A stretch of DNA of 64,000 bases from Nitrospirota bacterium (GTDB lineage: Bacteria > Nitrospirota > UBA9217): positions 1,516 through 65,515 of the forward strand of contig JBBIMH010000017.1 of the NCBI GenBank assembly GCA_037444505.1, in the 5' to 3' direction. The notes below the pieces were generated by a model. That model had not been told where the DNA came from. It did not search any database and saw only the letters and a list, made by a program, of their open reading frames with translations. The number at the start of each line of letters is the position of its first letter. Position 1 is the first letter of the stretch. Both the position numbers and the translations under genes were made by a program. Shown in pieces: positions 62,190 to 64,000 of the stretch.

Positions 62190-63929
62190 ATGTCCAACAA
62201 ACAATTGACAGGTGCGGAAATATTTCTCGAGTGTCTCAAGCGTGAGAAGGTGGACACTATCTTCGCCTATCCAGGCGGCGTGGTGCTCAAGATATTCGAT
62301 GTACTGTATGATCAAAAGGACATCAGGGTGATACTGCCCCGGCACGAGCAGGGCGGCGTGCATATGGCTGACGGATATGCACGCTCGACTGGAAAGCCGG
62401 GTGTCGCCTTGGTCACATCCGGACCAGGTGCTACGAACACTGTGACCGGCATCGCGACTGCATTCATGGACTCCATACCTCTCGTGGTGTTCACGGGCCA
62501 GGTGCCGACTGCCCTCATAGGCAATGATGCGTTCCAGGAGGCGGACATAGTAGGCATTACGAGGCCCTGCACGAAGTACAACTATCTTGTGAAGGATGTG
62601 AAAGACCTCGCAAGGACGATCCGTGAAGCGTTTTATATAGCAATGAGCGGAAGGCCTGGGCCTGTACTTGTGGATCTGCCGAGAGATGTGGTGACGGGGA
62701 AGGCGGAATTCCATTGGCCGGATAAGGTGGAGATAAGGAGCTATAAGCCCTCTCTCTACGGCAACAAGTGGCAGATAAAACAGGCTGTGGAAGCTATTAC
62801 AAAGGCGAAGAAGCCTGTTGCATACATCGGCGGCGGTGTAATAAGCTCTGGTGCCGCGGATGAGATAAGGGAGTTTGCAGAGCTGACGCATATCCCTGTT
62901 ACCCATACATTGATGGGCATAGGTGGATTTCCAGGGACGCACCCCTTGTCTCTCGGCATGCTCGGAATGCACGGCACATACTATGCCAACATGGCCATAC
63001 ATAATTCGGATCTGATCATCGCGATCGGCGCACGGTTCGACGACAGGGTCACGGGCAGGGTGGAGGCATTTGCTCCGGATGCCAAGATAATACATATCGA
63101 TATCGATCCGACCTCGATCCGCAAGAACGTGCGCGTTGATATCCCTATAGTCGGAGATGTCAGGAGCGTGATGAGCGACCTCAACAAGGAACTCAGGCAC
63201 AGCAAGGAGCCATGGGACGCGATCCGCAAGAACTGGCTCAAGCAGATCGAGGCTTGGAAGCAAGAGAGGCCGATGCACTATGAATATTCGGATGAGGTCA
63301 TCAAGCCTCAATTCGTAATAGAGAAGATGTACGAGCTCACTGGAGGGGATGCAATCATCGTGACCGACGTTGGCCAGCACCAGATGTGGGCTGCGCAGTT
63401 CTTCAAGATAGACAGGCCGCGCACCTTCCTCTCATCCGGCGGGCTCGGCACGATGGGTTATGGATTCCCGGCAGCCATAGGCGCAAAGGTGGCACATCCA
63501 GAAAAGACCGTGTTCAGCATCTCCGGTGACGGCAGCATCCAGATGAACATACAGGAGCTCGCAACCTCTGTTGAGAACAACATACCTGTCAAGGTCGTGA
63601 TAATGAACAACCGCTACCTGGGGATGGTGAGGCAGTGGCAGGAGCTGTTCTACTCGGAGAGATATTCTTCTTCCGACTTGGGCAGCACGCCTGATTTCGT
63701 GAAGGTGGCGGAGGCCTACGGCGCGATCGGGCTCCGTGCAGAGAAGCCGTCCGAGGTCGTGGCGGTGCTGATGGAGGGCCTCAAGGCGAAGAAGACCGTA
63801 TTCATGGACTTCGTCATCGACAGATACGAAAAGGTGTTCCCGATGGTCCCTGCAGGCGCGGCCATCAACGAGATGATATTCGGCGAGGAAAAGAAGAAAG
63901 AAGAGAAGAAGCTCAAGGCGGTGAAATAG
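62190..63929 (+). CDS. ilvB: Acetolactate synthase large subunit
   Basis: ThDP-enzyme motifs ([38 protein letters not shown]...NN). Confidence 0.96.
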   Translation: MSNKQLTGAEIFLECLKREKVDTIFAYPGGVVLKIFDVLYDQKDIRVILPRHEQGGVHMADGYARSTGKPGVALVTSGPGATNTVTGIATAFMDSIPLVVFTGQVPTALIGNDAFQEADIVGITRPCTKYNYLVKDVKDLARTIREAFYIAMSGRPGPVLVDLPRDVVTGKAEFHWPDKVEIRSYKPSLYGNKWQIKQAVEAITKAKKPVAYIGGGVISSGAADEIREFAELTHIPVTHTLMGIGGFPGTHPLSLGMLGMHGTYYANMAIHNSDLIIAIGARFDDRVTGRVEAFAPDAKIIHIDIDPTSIRKNVRVDIPIVGDVRSVMSDLNKELRHSKEPWDAIRKNWLKQIEAWKQERPMHYEYSDEVIKPQFVIEKMYELTGGDAIIVTDVGQHQMWAAQFFKIDRPRTFLSSGGLGTMGYGFPAAIGAKVAHPEKTVFSISGDGSIQMNIQELATSVENNIPVKVVIMNNRYLGMVRQWQELFYSERYSSSDLGSTPDFVKVAEAYGAIGLRAEKPSEVVAVLMEGLKAKKTVFMDFVIDRYEKVFPMVPAGAAINEMIFGEEKKKEEKKLKAVK

Positions 63930-63990
63930 AAGCGGCTTGATTATGAACACGGAAAGAGTTTTATCGTTATTAAATTAAAGGGATGATGCC

Positions 63991-64000
63991 ATGAAACATA
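63991..64000 (+). CDS. Probable start of acetolactate synthase small subunit (truncated by the window edge)
   Basis: Only ATGAAACATA (MKH...) is visible. The call rests on position after ilvB and a typical small-subunit N-terminus. Confidence 0.35.

Noticed and set aside
62136-63380. 414-aa ORF antisense to ilvB
   Set aside because: Shadow ORF on the opposite strand of a highly conserved ThDP enzyme gene, with implausible composition.
63943-63978. 11-codon mini-ORF (MNTERVLSLLN*) between ilvB and the presumed ilvN start
   Set aside because: It is too short, has no RBS, and may be chance. The visible MKH... start at 63991 is the more plausible ilvN start.
1-64000. Search for CRISPR arrays, rRNA, tRNA, tmRNA, prophage or defence-island gene content
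   Set aside because: I saw no regularly spaced repeats, no tRNA-like T-loop or acceptor patterns in intergenic regions, and no integrase, transposase, restriction-modification or known defence genes. The only nuclease-like accessory gene is Uma2. Detection by eye is imperfect, so tRNAscan, Infernal and a defence-system finder should confirm.

Overview
This 64-kb chromosomal window appears to come from a diderm, probably anaerobic bacterium. GC content looks above 50% by eye except for one AT-rich patch. The lineage clues are LptFG, an Omp85-type barrel, c7-like triheme cytochromes, a Geobacter-like type IV pilin and many radical-SAM/Fe-S genes; a Desulfobacterota/Nitrospirota-like origin is only a low-confidence guess. 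I call about 60 protein genes and found no rRNA, tRNA or CRISPR by eye. The housekeeping backbone is tig(3' end)-clpP-clpX-engB, smc, queC, coaE, lptF-lptG, queE, an NFACT/RqcH-like gene, Ppx/GppA, a sigma-54 response regulator, archease-rtcB, pyk, PBP1A, tsaB-rimI and ilvD-ilvB-ilvN(start). Second-look items, in my order of interest: (1) A three-copy family of ~225-bp hairpin MITEs with GGCYCAT termini and exact 8-bp target-site duplications; one copy sits 1 bp from a crp/fnr-family promoter and one at the engB stop codon. (2) A pilA locus with a sigma-54 promoter, followed by an AT-rich ABC-transporter island that encodes a GspG-like-tailed protein. (3) A stand-alone PRC-MgtE_N-CBS protein coupled to an NRAMP-like transporter that lacks the canonical DPGN/MPHN metal site. 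(4) A GGDEF enzyme with Ser at the guanine-specifying Asp position and a GGDDF motif. (5) A Uma2 endonuclease cassette bracketed by ~40-bp direct repeats, one of which is a relic of the neighbouring gene's 3' end. (6) A recurring leaderless-type promoter/start architecture at seven or more genes. (7) Several uncharacterised operons: transglutaminase-ABC-phosphoesterase-permease, a 606-aa protein coupled to lptF, and three tandem triheme cytochromes. All calls come from reading the sequence and ORF translations; no database search was run.
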